Counted from the stretch's first letter, positions 45,152 to 54,619 are shown. The stretch is 56,444 nt of DNA from an uncultured Candidatus Saccharibacteria bacterium (GCA_964615225.1 CAZTMV010000001.1:1-56444), one strand, 5' to 3'. Notes: a model not told the origin generated them from the sequence alone. Program-made: numbers and translations.

Positions 45152-46819
45152 ATGGCCGATACTGTTGAGCAGGTAAAGGAGAAGCTTTCCATCGTGGAGG
45201 TGGTTTCTCCCTACGTAAAGCTGACCAAAGCCGGCCGCTACTACAAGGGCCTCTCTCCCTTTAATAAAGAGAAGACCCCGTCCTTTTATGTAAATCCAGA
45301 GCGAGGTACCTACTTCTGTTTCTCTTCAGGGCAGGGTGGTGATGCGTTTACTTTCATCGAGAAGATGGAGGGCGTGGACTTCAAGGGAGCATTGAAGATG
45401 CTTGCGGAAAAGGCAGGAGTGCCACTGGAGTACTCGAAAGGGAACAAAGAGAGTTCGGAGAAGATGGACCGCATGCGCGAAGCGATGGCAAGGGCAGAAG
45501 CGTTCTACGCCCGCAATCTTGCAGAAGGTTCTCCCTCATATGAGTACGCGCTCTCGCGCGGGCTTACCAAGGAAACTATTCGTTCCTGGAGCTTGGGATA
45601 TGCGCCTGACGCATGGCGCGCACTTTTAGAAGAATTGTCTGCAGCGGGATTCACGATTCCCGAGCTCCTTTCGTGCGGACTCATCAAGGAGGCAGACGGG
45701 AAGCCGGGTACGTACTATGATCGCTTTCGCAACCGCCTCATGTTCCCGATTCGAGACGCTGCAGGACGTGTCGTGGCGTTTACGGGACGCGCCCTGAGCC
45801 CTGATGATCAGGCAAAGTACCTCAACTCTCCGGAAACAGAGCTCTTTAAGAAGTCACAGATTCTCTTTGGCATGGATAGGGCAAAGGATGCGATCCGCAG
45901 CCGCGGGTTCGCGCTTCTCGTGGAAGGGCAGTTCGACCTCACACTTTTGCACCAGATTGGGTTTACAAACGCCATTGCGCTCTCCGGTACTGCGCTTTCC
46001 CGCGAACACCTGTCGCTTATCAAGCGCTACAGCGATAACCTCATGCTCGCACTTGATGCAGACCGTGCAGGACTTGCTGCGTCTGCTAAAAACGCACACG
46101 CAGCGCTCGGCGCTGGCATGCGCGTGAAAGCGGTGCGCTTGCCGCTTGGCAAAGATCCGGCAGACCTCGCTAAAGACACGCCGCAGGATTTTGCGCGCCG
46201 CGCCCAGGAAGCAGAACCAATTGTTGAGTTCTTCCTTTCAGTCTTGTCTGCAAGCGAACGAGACCAGCTGCGTCTTGTGGTCTCCGTGGAGCGCATCGTG
46301 TTGCCGCTTATCCGTACCATGAAGAGTGCCATGGAGCGCGAGCACTTCGTGGGCGTTGTGGCGCGCCATCTTGGTTCTTCTATTGAATCCGTGCGCGAAT
46401 CCCTGAAGGCTTCGGGCGCAGAGCCAGAGGACTCGGGCGAAGCTGGCGGGGAAGCAACGCCAAAGCAGGCGGATACGGGGCGGGAAATGCTCGTACGGGC
46501 CACTATACACGCCTACCCGGATACCCCCCTTGCCAAACACCTAAAAGATGAGTACGCTCGCATTATCGGTGCCGCTCCGTCGGAAGACCTTATTCCAGAG
46601 CGTGCCCTATTTGAGGCCGGACTGCTCTTCGGAGAGTCGCCTAGTGAACACAGTGCAGATGATTTGATTCGTGCATTCGAGCGCTCAGTCCTGACCGAGC
46701 GCTTGTCTGACGCAACTGCAAAACTCAGACGCGCAGAATCCGCAAAAGACGACGCTGCAATTAAAGAAGCGCTCGCGGTATGTTCTGAGGTTTCCGCACG
46801 ACTCGCAAAGCTCGCTTAA
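45152..46819 (+). CDS. dnaG: DNA primase
   Basis: N-terminal zinc-ribbon-like region (...[34 protein letters not shown]), RNA polymerase core, and TOPRIM (LVEGQFDL...LDADRAG). Confidence 0.9.
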   Translation: MADTVEQVKEKLSIVEVVSPYVKLTKAGRYYKGLSPFNKEKTPSFYVNPERGTYFCFSSGQGGDAFTFIEKMEGVDFKGALKMLAEKAGVPLEYSKGNKESSEKMDRMREAMARAEAFYARNLAEGSPSYEYALSRGLTKETIRSWSLGYAPDAWRALLEELSAAGFTIPELLSCGLIKEADGKPGTYYDRFRNRLMFPIRDAAGRVVAFTGRALSPDDQAKYLNSPETELFKKSQILFGMDRAKDAIRSRGFALLVEGQFDLTLLHQIGFTNAIALSGTALSREHLSLIKRYSDNLMLALDADRAGLAASAKNAHAALGAGMRVKAVRLPLGKDPADLAKDTPQDFARRAQEAEPIVEFFLSVLSASERDQLRLVVSVERIVLPLIRTMKSAMEREHFVGVVARHLGSSIESVRESLKASGAEPEDSGEAGGEATPKQADTGREMLVRATIHAYPDTPLAKHLKDEYARIIGAAPSEDLIPERALFEAGLLFGESPSEHSADDLIRAFERSVLTERLSDATAKLRRAESAKDDAAIKEALAVCSEVSARLAKLA

Positions 46820-46845
46820 CAGTATCTTCACCAATTTCTCGTACT

Positions 46846-48102
46846 ATGGCTAAAAAAGCTGCTGTGAAGAAAAAGAAAACCACCAAAGCTCGCCCAAAGG
46901 CGAAAGCAAAGAAAAGTGCGCCGAAGAAGGCTAAGAAGGCTGTAAAGAAGCCGGTAGCTAAGAAGGCGTCCAAGAAAACCCGCGCAATGGCGGTGGTGCG
47001 TGCTGGTGCTCATGGTGCAAAACAGAAAGCCAAGGATGTTCGCAATGACAAGATGGACGCGCTTATCCGCAAGGGTCAGGAACGCGGCTATGTTACCTAT
47101 AGTGAAATCCTCAAGGAGTTTCCGCACGTGGAGGAAGACGTTTCCTTCCTCGAGGAACTCTATGAGAAGCTCTCAACCTGCGGCATTGATGTGCTTGAGG
47201 GCGGCATGCTCGAAGACAGTGCTGACCAGTACCTCGCAAGCCGTAACATCAAGGGACGCGAATCGACCGGTTACGACTCGATCCAGATCTACCTGCGTGA
47301 GATCGGCCAGTACCCGCTTCTCACCGCAGCTGAAGAGCGCGAGCTCGCAAAGCGCATTGAGAAGGGAGATGAGGAGGCAAAGCACATTCTTGCACGCTCA
47401 AACCTTCGCCTCGTGGTGTCTATTGCAAAGAAGTACGTCGGCCGCTCACCGGACCTGACTCTCTTGGACCTCATCCAGGAGGGCAATATCGGCCTCTACA
47501 AGGCCGTAGAGAAGTTCGACTGGAACAAGGGCTTCAAGTTCTCGACGTACGCTACCTGGTGGATCCGCCAGGCTATTACGCGCGCGCTCGCAGACCAGTC
47601 TCGCACCATCCGTATTCCGGTGCATATGGTGGAAACCATTGCTAAGTACAAGCAGGTCTCCCGCCGCCTTGCGCAAGCACTTGGCCGTGATCCGCAGCCG
47701 GAAGAGGTGGCGGTAGAAATGGGTATTGAAGTAGATAAGGTGTATCAGATCGAGAAGATCAATCAGGACACCTTGTCGCTTGAGAGTCCGATCGGCTCTG
47801 ACGATGACGACGGCAAGTCCTCACTCGGTGACTTCATTGCAGACGATAAGATTCCGTCACCTATTCAGGAATCCTCTGAGCGCATTCTCACCGAACAGGT
47901 CCGCGATATTCTCGATGATCTTTCTCCAAAGGAGCGCAAGATTCTTGAGATGCGCCACGGACTTCTCGACGGCATCTACCACACCCTTGAAGAGGTGGGG
48001 AAGGAGTTTGGCGTGACCCGCGAGCGTATTCGCCAGATTGAGGCGAAGGCGCTGGAGAAGATCCGCACGCACGAGAAGAGTAGGAGACTGAAGAGTTACT
48101 AA
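46846..48102 (+). CDS. rpoD: primary sigma-70 factor with Lys-rich N-terminal tail
   Basis: [65 protein letters not shown], and region 4 [20 protein letters not shown]. Confidence 0.95.
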   Translation: MAKKAAVKKKKTTKARPKAKAKKSAPKKAKKAVKKPVAKKASKKTRAMAVVRAGAHGAKQKAKDVRNDKMDALIRKGQERGYVTYSEILKEFPHVEEDVSFLEELYEKLSTCGIDVLEGGMLEDSADQYLASRNIKGRESTGYDSIQIYLREIGQYPLLTAAEERELAKRIEKGDEEAKHILARSNLRLVVSIAKKYVGRSPDLTLLDLIQEGNIGLYKAVEKFDWNKGFKFSTYATWWIRQAITRALADQSRTIRIPVHMVETIAKYKQVSRRLAQALGRDPQPEEVAVEMGIEVDKVYQIEKINQDTLSLESPIGSDDDDGKSSLGDFIADDKIPSPIQESSERILTEQVRDILDDLSPKERKILEMRHGLLDGIYHTLEEVGKEFGVTRERIRQIEAKALEKIRTHEKSRRLKSY

Positions 48103-48109
48103 ACGAGAG

Positions 48110-48146
48110 AACGCCCAGGATCGTAATCCTGGGCGTTGTCTTTTTA
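48110..48146 (+). terminator. rpoD terminator
   Basis: aacgcccagga-tcgtaa-tcctgggcgtt followed by GTCTTTTTA. Confidence 0.75.
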
Positions 48147-48160
48147 TCGATCAGCCCCCA

Positions 48161-48376
48161 TCACTTACTTCGCTTGCGATGTCGCTGTTTTTGACGCAGC
48201 GTTTCTCGCGGAGAAGAGATGGAGTGCCTGAACGTAGAGAGCTCGTCGGAGCGGTTTTTGAGCAGCATCGCCTGCTTGGCGATGGCTGCCTGGCTCAGAA
48301 GCCTTTCGGCTGTCTGGAGCCGGGTCTCCCCGACGCTGATGTGAGGACCTAATACGACAAGGATCATTCCACGCAT
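48161..48376 (-). CDS. hypothetical small protein with basic C-terminus
   Basis: 71 aa, SD GGAGG 5 nt upstream. It is divergent from the beta-CA-like gene across an AT-rich spacer. Confidence 0.4.
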   Translation of the reverse strand: MRGMILVVLGPHISVGETRLQTAERLLSQAAIAKQAMLLKNRSDELSTFRHSISSPRETLRQKQRHRKRSK

Positions 48377-48454
48377 CTATCCCTCCGTAGGGTTGCAGTA
48401 GATGTTTGCAATATACAGTATAAAACATGTATGTCAATTACCGGGGATAGCGTC

Positions 48455-48482
48455 TTGCAAAGGATATGTAGAGGAGTAGGAT
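48455..48482 (+). promoter_or_regulatory. promoter TTGCAA-16-TAGGAT followed by a 5' stem-loop
   Basis: TTGCAA 48455-48460, TAGGAT 48477-48482, hairpin gccgcacg-cta-cgtgcggc at 48491-48509. Confidence 0.4.
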
Positions 48483-48531
48483 ACAGACTTGCCGCACGCT
48501 ACGTGCGGCACTCGTGTTGCAAGGGGAACTA

Positions 48532-49599
48532 ATGGCTTATACAGCACAACCTATGTCACGCATCGTCCAAGAGGTTCTCGACCGTAACCGCGCTCAAAGC
48601 GCGGAATTTCGAGATGCCAGCTTGGCTAGACAGCGACATCGAGCAATCCATACGACTGAAATCGCGGCACTCAAGTGCATGGACGGCAGGCTCAACCTGG
48701 CGCTCATGACCAAAGTTCCGCCGGGCATCATCTACCCGTTCCGTACTATGGGCGGGAAGTTTTCCATGGCGTGGCCGTGGTTTGGCGACTTGGTGGATGA
48801 GTGGGTAGACTACGGCATCTGCAAAGGTCGTCGTTCCGTCATCCTTGTCACTTACCACTTCTCGCGCTCCAGTAACGAGCATCTTGGATGCAAGGGCTGG
48901 GGGTACGATAAGGCTGGTGCCATGCAGGCGGCAGCGAAGCTCGTCGAGCAGATTCAGCACGTGTATGGTGCACGTCAGAATGATGTACGTGCCATCGTCG
49001 TCGGCATTGAAACCGACGAGGACGTTCTGGTCTTTCACGGCGAAAATGATCTCATTCTTGATCTTGGCACGCTTACCGCAGCGGATGAAGAGTCTCTGTG
49101 GGAACGGTTCCGTGTGCTTTATCCAAGCATGGCAACAAGTGTTTTGCGGGACGTATTCCATCTCGTGAAAGGCAATGTTGCGCACAGCACGGAAGTCCGC
49201 GCCAAGCGCCGTGAACCCGTCGATCTGGACCACCGTGAAAACATCATCGCGGTCGGTCGTGGATTCGATTGGCTTCATATGCCAAACCGCGCTCTCATTA
49301 TTGGTCCGTACGCTCCTGAATGGGCCAAGGAGGTCGCGGTAGCTGGCAAAATTGTTCTTGCGAACCAGCAAGCTGGACGCATAAACAAGGAAGACGGCGT
49401 GCTTCTTCTGTGCTCGTCCTCGTTCCGTAAGGAGCGTGGTACGGGGCGGGAGGAGCCTCGTTCAGAGCTTCGTGCGCGCGAAATGGCTGAGATTTCAAAA
49501 GCAATTCTTGCTGCTGAAGTGCCAGAACTATCGTTCGACACGCTGGTCGGCAAAGTCGACATGGAAACTCGAGAGTTGTTCGTACTCGAACAGTCGTAA
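48532..49599 (+). CDS. beta-carbonic-anhydrase-like zinc-site protein with C-terminal extension (CsoSCA-like architecture?)
   Basis: C-x-D-x-R motif (KCMDGR, 48676-48690), PGIIYPFRTMGG, and H-x-x-C (EHLGC, 48880-48891), in beta-CA order and spacing. About 180 further residues follow. SD AGGGGA. Confidence 0.45.
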   Translation: MAYTAQPMSRIVQEVLDRNRAQSAEFRDASLARQRHRAIHTTEIAALKCMDGRLNLALMTKVPPGIIYPFRTMGGKFSMAWPWFGDLVDEWVDYGICKGRRSVILVTYHFSRSSNEHLGCKGWGYDKAGAMQAAAKLVEQIQHVYGARQNDVRAIVVGIETDEDVLVFHGENDLILDLGTLTAADEESLWERFRVLYPSMATSVLRDVFHLVKGNVAHSTEVRAKRREPVDLDHRENIIAVGRGFDWLHMPNRALIIGPYAPEWAKEVAVAGKIVLANQQAGRINKEDGVLLLCSSSFRKERGTGREEPRSELRAREMAEISKAILAAEVPELSFDTLVGKVDMETRELFVLEQS

Positions 49600-49668
49600 G
49601 ACATGCGGACAAGTGATCTTTAGGGCCGGTTCACGTACGTGGATCGGCCCATTTTGTATACTAGGGGG

Positions 49669-50526
49669 ATGCCTGTTCGCCGCAAACGCTATCCGATCAA
49701 GTACTGGAGCCACTCCTCCTTGGTCTCTTTCTTACGCAATCCGCTTGCCTGGCATAAACGCTATGTCGAGAAAATCTATGACATTCCGTCGACTCCTGCG
49801 GGCGTGGTGGGGCGCTCTGCGCATTTCGCGCTTGAGCAGTTTTATAAAGGCGCCTCGAAGGAAGAATCGGTGGCTGCGGGACTCTCATATCTGCGGAGCG
49901 TTCCGGATTTTGAAATTAACTTCGGCGTTGCAAAGACCAAAGCCGCTAAGAAAAAGAAACGGGAAAGTATGGAGCGAGAGTACCTGCAAGCGCTCGGATT
50001 CTATCTGGCCAGACCGCCTAGATACAAAGTGGTCGGCATTGAAGTGCGCGGCATGGCAACTATCCCAGGGCTCCCGCTCCCGGTGAAAGCCATTTCGGAC
50101 TTAGTGGTGGAGTCGAGGCTTGAGCCAGGGTCCTTGGACATTGTGGACCACAAGTTTGTAGATTCGTTTAGCAAGCACAAGGAAGTAAAGGCACTCTTTA
50201 TGCTCCAGGCAATCTTTAACTACTACACGGTCTCGCAGACCTTTGATCGCCCCGTACGCCGCTTTATCGTGCAGGAGTGCAAGAAGACCCGAAACGCGGA
50301 CGGCCGCTCACAGATGCGCCGCTATGTGCTCGACTTCAAAGATGCAAAGCAGGAGTTTGAGGTATTCCACCGCCTCCTATCTGATGCGACGGAGGAAATA
50401 GGGCGCCCGCGCAAATACCTTCCTAACCCCTCAGATATGTTTGAGGGTGAGGATTCGTTCACGCTCTACAAGCTTCGCCTTTTGGACGACGAGCTTACTG
50501 AACCTTGGCAAGAGCCGCGTCAATAA
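49669..50526 (+). CDS. PD-(D/E)XK (RecB/Cas4-like) nuclease-family protein
   Basis: YWSHSSLVSFLRNPLAWHKRYV (N-terminal helix typical of the family), GRSAHFALEQFY, ISDLVVES...LDIVDHKF (D...D-x-K). No C-terminal Cys cluster. Confidence 0.5.
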   Translation: MPVRRKRYPIKYWSHSSLVSFLRNPLAWHKRYVEKIYDIPSTPAGVVGRSAHFALEQFYKGASKEESVAAGLSYLRSVPDFEINFGVAKTKAAKKKKRESMEREYLQALGFYLARPPRYKVVGIEVRGMATIPGLPLPVKAISDLVVESRLEPGSLDIVDHKFVDSFSKHKEVKALFMLQAIFNYYTVSQTFDRPVRRFIVQECKKTRNADGRSQMRRYVLDFKDAKQEFEVFHRLLSDATEEIGRPRKYLPNPSDMFEGEDSFTLYKLRLLDDELTEPWQEPRQ

Positions 50527-51172
50527 CCTTGCGCATGCTGGTGTAGGGGAGGGCGCCTGAGACAGGAATGGTATCGCTTCCTCGAACCAGGATGACGATG
50601 TAGGGAGCGCCGGTCGCGCCGGCTTCAATGGCGTTATCAAAATCCGCAGCAACCTTGCTCACGAAACGATCGCTCTCACGGCAGCTCTCAAACGCTGAGA
50701 GCGAGAGACCGAGACTGTTCACAAGATCGGGATACTTGTCCGGATTGAATTCGATGCCTTCAGGTGCCGCCTGGTGTATCTGGTCGATAAAGCGGAAGAA
50801 TGCGGTATTCCCGCCTTGCTCCGCGACGCACTCTGCAGCTTCTGCATGCTCTGCGGCGTACGGATGTATCTGGATCAGGGGGAAGTGGCGGTAGACCATT
50901 GCCACAAGGCCGCTCTCAGCATCGTCTGCGAGAATTTGCAGCATGGTTTCCTGGAACTGTTTGCAGTACGCGCAGTCGATGTCGGAGTAGACAACGACCG
51001 TGACCGGAGCAGTCGGGTTGCCAAGCAGGTGTTCGTCAGGAGACACGGGGCGCATGAACGAAGGATCTCCCTCAGGAAGGGTGTTGCCGCCTCCGCGAAC
51101 GAAGAAGATTGCAAGTGCGAGCACGAGTCCCGCGAAGATAATAGCGCCAGGGACCAGATACGGGGATTTCAT
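50495..51172 (-). CDS. membrane-anchored DsbA-family thiol:disulfide oxidoreductase
   Basis: N-terminal TM helix, VVVYSDIDCAYCKQF (CxxC), GATGAPYIVI (cis-Pro loop). Confidence 0.8.
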   Translation of the reverse strand: MKSPYLVPGAIIFAGLVLALAIFFVRGGGNTLPEGDPSFMRPVSPDEHLLGNPTAPVTVVVYSDIDCAYCKQFQETMLQILADDAESGLVAMVYRHFPLIQIHPYAAEHAEAAECVAEQGGNTAFFRFIDQIHQAAPEGIEFNPDKYPDLVNSLGLSLSAFESCRESDRFVSKVAADFDNAIEAGATGAPYIVILVRGSDTIPVSGALPYTSMRKVIDAALAKVQ

Positions 51173-51187
51173 ACCCCTAAGAATACC

Positions 51188-51766
51188 CTAGATGCCGAGG
51201 GTGTGGGTGAGTGCGTGACCTTCGGCTGGGGACTCCCAGGCGGAGGTATCGATCTTCACTTCGCGCTTTTGATTCAAGTCTTTGTATTTCAAATGGCCGT
51301 TCTTCATCGCGTAATCGTAGAGCTCGCGCGTGATGCGCACATCCTCGATGCAGTACTCGCGCACCTTGTCGTAGAGCCCCTGGTCCCACCATTCCATGGC
51401 TTTGAGCCCGTCTCCTTTCTTGCCTTTGCCAAGCGTCGCTTCTGCAAGGGACTGCAGGCGCACGCGGCGTCCGAGCGCTTTGTGTACCTCCGAGAGAAGA
51501 TCGAGCGAGCGGATCTTGGTCAGGTCTCCGGGATAGTAGCGGTTTAAAAGCGGTACATCGAAGGTGTCGGAGTTGAAGCCGATCAGCATGTCCGCGCTCT
51601 CAATAATGGGCCAGAGCTTTGGGAGTTCATCCATGAGGTAGGACGTGTACTCGCCAGTCTCAGTGTCGTGTATGCCGACCACCGTCAGCTCCATCTGGTT
51701 CACGTCCAAGCGCCCGCCCACAATAGCGGTCATCTTGGTTTCAATATCAAACGTAATCGCACGCAT
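51188..51766 (-). CDS. RNase H-fold DEDD-type 3'-5' exonuclease (PolB-exo/YprB-like)
   Basis: AITFDIETK (ExoI), LIGFNSDTFDVPLL (ExoII), YCIEDVRITRELY (ExoIII). Confidence 0.6.
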   Translation of the reverse strand: MRAITFDIETKMTAIVGGRLDVNQMELTVVGIHDTETGEYTSYLMDELPKLWPIIESADMLIGFNSDTFDVPLLNRYYPGDLTKIRSLDLLSEVHKALGRRVRLQSLAEATLGKGKKGDGLKAMEWWDQGLYDKVREYCIEDVRITRELYDYAMKNGHLKYKDLNQKREVKIDTSAWESPAEGHALTHTLGI

Positions 51767-51769
51767 ACG

Positions 51770-53047
51770 CTAGCGGGACAGGAGGTAGGCTGCCAAATCC
51801 TCGCGTGCAACTTGCTGCTCGCTGCTCGCTGCAAGCTCTTTGACGCGGTACGTGCCGGAGCGCGCTTCTTCTGCACCTGCGGCGATGAAGAACGGAATGC
51901 CGCGGCGCACCGCGTCTTTGACCTGGTCGCCAAGCGCGCGCGACGTGACGTTCACCAAGGTTGGGATGCCAGCAGAGCGAAGCAGGTCGGCAAGCTTGTG
52001 CGCGTCTACAAGATCTGTTTCGTTCGGTATTCCGATCGCAACCTTCGTCGTGCTCTTGATGTCCGGCAGGTAGCCGTGGGTCTCAAGGAAATCTGCGAGT
52101 ACGGTGTCTCCGATCGCAAATCCAACCGCTGGAATCGGGTCGCCGCCAAACATAGACACCAAGCCGTCATAGCGACCGCCACCTAGAAGCGCGCGCGGGT
52201 TTGCCGGGTCCGTATCAAAAAGCTCGAACACGAGTCCGGTGTAATAGAGGAAACCGCGCACGGTTGATGGGTGGAAGATCGCGTTATCAATACCACGCTC
52301 TTTGAGGGCGCCCATAAGTGCCATGAGCGCCTGGTACTCAGCTTCTACTTCTGCAACCGCATGCGATTCAATAACCTCAAGCGGATCTTTCTCGTTGCGG
52401 CGGAATGCCGAGCGAGCTTCTTCAAAGGCACGTGTTTCCATTTTTTCCTTGCGATCTAGGAGCGCGAGGTAGCTGGTCATTTCTTCCTCAGAGAGTCCTA
52501 CGGCCGTGCCTGCGGCGTTCAGCAGGGAGCGAGAGTTAAGGCGGATCTGGAAATCCTTATTCTGTGCGCCAAGCGCGCTCAGGATTGCGTGCGCCATAAC
52601 GACTGCTTCGCCTTCAGCTTTCGCTCCGTCAATACCGACGATGTCGACGTCGATCTGGAAGAATTCGCGCAGGCGGCCCTTTTGCGGACGCTCGTAGCGG
52701 AAGCGGTTCCCGATCGAGAACCAGCGGGCAGGGAATGAGAGCTCCCGGCGCTTGGCTGCGATCATGCGGGCTAGAGACGGGGTCATCTCAGGGCGCAGGG
52801 TTACACGGCGGCCGCCGCGGTCTTCGAAGGTATAGGTCTGTTCGTTTACGATCTCCTCGGATGTCTTGCGCTCATAGAGCTCTGCGCGCTCTAAGGGAGA
52901 CGCATTGTATTCCTCAAAGCCGTGGAGCGTGAGGACGCGGCGGGCAGTCGAGAATAGATACTGGAGCTTAGCCCAATCGCTCGGGTAGAAGTCACGCACT
53001 CCCTTATACGGCTCAGTGTCGAGCGCGCTGCGGTCTTTCATAGGCAC
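51770..53047 (-). CDS. hisS: histidine-tRNA ligase
   Basis: KGVRDFYP, LRPEMTPSLAR, FRYERPQKGRLREFFQ, GGGRYDGL, and a C-terminal anticodon-binding domain. Confidence 0.9.
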   Translation of the reverse strand: MPMKDRSALDTEPYKGVRDFYPSDWAKLQYLFSTARRVLTLHGFEEYNASPLERAELYERKTSEEIVNEQTYTFEDRGGRRVTLRPEMTPSLARMIAAKRRELSFPARWFSIGNRFRYERPQKGRLREFFQIDVDIVGIDGAKAEGEAVVMAHAILSALGAQNKDFQIRLNSRSLLNAAGTAVGLSEEEMTSYLALLDRKEKMETRAFEEARSAFRRNEKDPLEVIESHAVAEVEAEYQALMALMGALKERGIDNAIFHPSTVRGFLYYTGLVFELFDTDPANPRALLGGGRYDGLVSMFGGDPIPAVGFAIGDTVLADFLETHGYLPDIKSTTKVAIGIPNETDLVDAHKLADLLRSAGIPTLVNVTSRALGDQVKDAVRRGIPFFIAAGAEEARSGTYRVKELAASSEQQVAREDLAAYLLSR

Positions 53048-53058
53048 CAGTGTAGCAG

Positions 53059-53625
53059 CTAGACGCCCAGTTTCGAAGCGCGCGCGTCGTCCATTTTCGC
53101 GTGCTCGCGCAAAATCACGTCGCGCACATGCTCGGGGTTTCCAAGGCCGTGCATTTTGATGCGATTCACCTCGGCACCTGCTGACTCAACCGAGACCGTG
53201 CCGAAGCCGAAGATTGTGTTGAAGAAGCCTTCAAGGTCTGTCTCGACGTTCTGCACGCGGTTTAGGAAGAGGCTGGAGACCGAGCGGTTCCAGAAGCCCT
53301 TTTGGTCTATTTCAATGATGCGTTCGTTCGTGACTACCCACTGGTCGAGGTAGTGGTTAGTGAAGACGCCGAACGCGGCCATCCAGAGGAAGAGCCAGTA
53401 GATGCCAACGATGAACTGGAACCAGGGGTTTTCAAACGAGAAGAGCAGCGCAAAGTCGATCACAGACTCCGGGCTCATGGTCATGAGGTACGCGCCGACG
53501 CCAGGCAGTAGGTACGGGAGGTAGTCGAGGATTGCAATAGGAACCAGGCGGCCGACCAGAATGAGAGGGTGTTTGCGCACGTTTATAACCACGTGCTCGC
53601 CCATGTGTAGTTGTAGTTTTTCCAT
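53059..53625 (-). CDS. membrane protein with bacterial PH (bPH_2/YdbT-like) domain
   Basis: Two TM helices, then VVTNERIIEIDQKGFWNRSVSSLFLNRVQNVE...GTVSVESAG. Start set at MEKLQLH... Confidence 0.5.
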   Translation of the reverse strand: MEKLQLHMGEHVVINVRKHPLILVGRLVPIAILDYLPYLLPGVGAYLMTMSPESVIDFALLFSFENPWFQFIVGIYWLFLWMAAFGVFTNHYLDQWVVTNERIIEIDQKGFWNRSVSSLFLNRVQNVETDLEGFFNTIFGFGTVSVESAGAEVNRIKMHGLGNPEHVRDVILREHAKMDDARASKLGV

Positions 53626-53626
53626 A

Positions 53627-53860
53627 TTAGTGAAGTCCGCCGGTTGCAAATACAAAGATCCAGCCGGATACAAATAGGTGCACGGCAACTGCCGGAACGG
53701 CGAGCCAGGAGTCGCGGGCGAAGCGGAACCAGTGGTAGATCGCGACGACGGTGAAGATCGCCCACCAAATGAACACGATGGTGATCACGATCGCAAGAAT
53801 CGTCTCGATGCTCGCTGCCGGAAAGCTCGGCATGAGGTTAGGTACGACGGTTGGTTGCAT
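53627..53860 (-). CDS. hypothetical small membrane protein
   Basis: 77 aa with two or three hydrophobic helices, tightly packed between prmC and the bPH gene. Confidence 0.45.
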   Translation of the reverse strand: MQPTVVPNLMPSFPAASIETILAIVITIVFIWWAIFTVVAIYHWFRFARDSWLAVPAVAVHLFVSGWIFVFATGGLH

Positions 53861-53863
53861 ACC

Positions 53864-54595
53864 CTAGTAGTATGCCAGCAACAAGCGCGGGCGCCCATAG
53901 GGGTCGATGCGTATCTGGGTGTGCTTGGCACCACCTTCCGTAAGAAGGCGGGCAGCCTCCTCAATATTCTCGATATCGCACTCCATCCAGAGTTCGCCGT
54001 TCTCGTTCATATGGTTTGCTGCTTCTGCGGCAATACGCTGGATCACATCGAGTCCGTCACTTCCGGCGAATAATGCATCATGCGGCTCGTATTCGGTGAC
54101 GCTCTCGTCAAGTTCGCGGGGCTCGGGGATGTAGGGTGGGTTGGTTGCAATCAGGTCAAAGCGCTCACCAGCAAAGGGAGCGAACAGATCACCGGCGTGG
54201 ATAGACGCACGCGAGGCGTCTAAACTGTTGCGAGAGAGGTTGTCAGCGATCTGACTGGTGTGGGCTTCATCATGCTCGCCAAATGACACGTGCACATTCT
54301 GGCAGTGCGCCAGAAGCGCGAGTCCGATCGCTCCTGAGCCTGCGCACAGATCCAGCACCTTGAGCGGACGCTCAGCAATGTGTGCTGCAAGTTCTTCAGT
54401 CCACCACTCAGTCTCGGGGCGGGGAATCAGCGGGTGTGACTCAAGCCCGATAGTGAGTCCTAGAAACGGTTGATTGCCGATGACATATGCGAGCGGTTCT
54501 CCCGCTTCAAGGCGCTTGCTATCATCGCGCATGTCGGCGTACGGATCGTTTCCGTACTTTTCACGGCGCAGGTGTTCTCGGTCCTCTTTGTCCAT
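53864..54595 (-). CDS. prmC: release-factor glutamine N5-methyltransferase (PrmC/HemK)
   Basis: EPLAYVIGNQPFLG, LIPRPETE, VLDLCAGSGAIG, LIATNPPYI. Confidence 0.85.
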   Translation of the reverse strand: MDKEDREHLRREKYGNDPYADMRDDSKRLEAGEPLAYVIGNQPFLGLTIGLESHPLIPRPETEWWTEELAAHIAERPLKVLDLCAGSGAIGLALLAHCQNVHVSFGEHDEAHTSQIADNLSRNSLDASRASIHAGDLFAPFAGERFDLIATNPPYIPEPRELDESVTEYEPHDALFAGSDGLDVIQRIAAEAANHMNENGELWMECDIENIEEAARLLTEGGAKHTQIRIDPYGRPRLLLAYY

Positions 54596-54606
54596 TACCC
54601 ATACGG

Positions 54607-54612
54607 TATACT
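54607..54612 (+). promoter_or_regulatory. -10 box TATACT 7 nt upstream of the 54620 ATG, overlapping a divergent TAGTAT for prmC
   Basis: GGTATACTAC is near-palindromic, and only 24 nt separate the two divergent start codons. Confidence 0.45.
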
Positions 54613-54619
54613 ACAGATC

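Noticed and set aside
48165-48437. Alternative 90-aa minus-strand ORF overlapping 48161-48376
   Set aside because: It has no SD, and its N-terminus would run into the AT-rich promoter spacer. The 71-aa frame has a GGAGG 5 nt upstream of its ATG.
50774-51547. 257-aa plus-strand ORF opposite dsbA and the exonuclease gene
   Set aside because: It is antisense to two genes with clear motifs (CAYC; ExoI-III) and spans their intergenic gap, which marks it as a shadow ORF.
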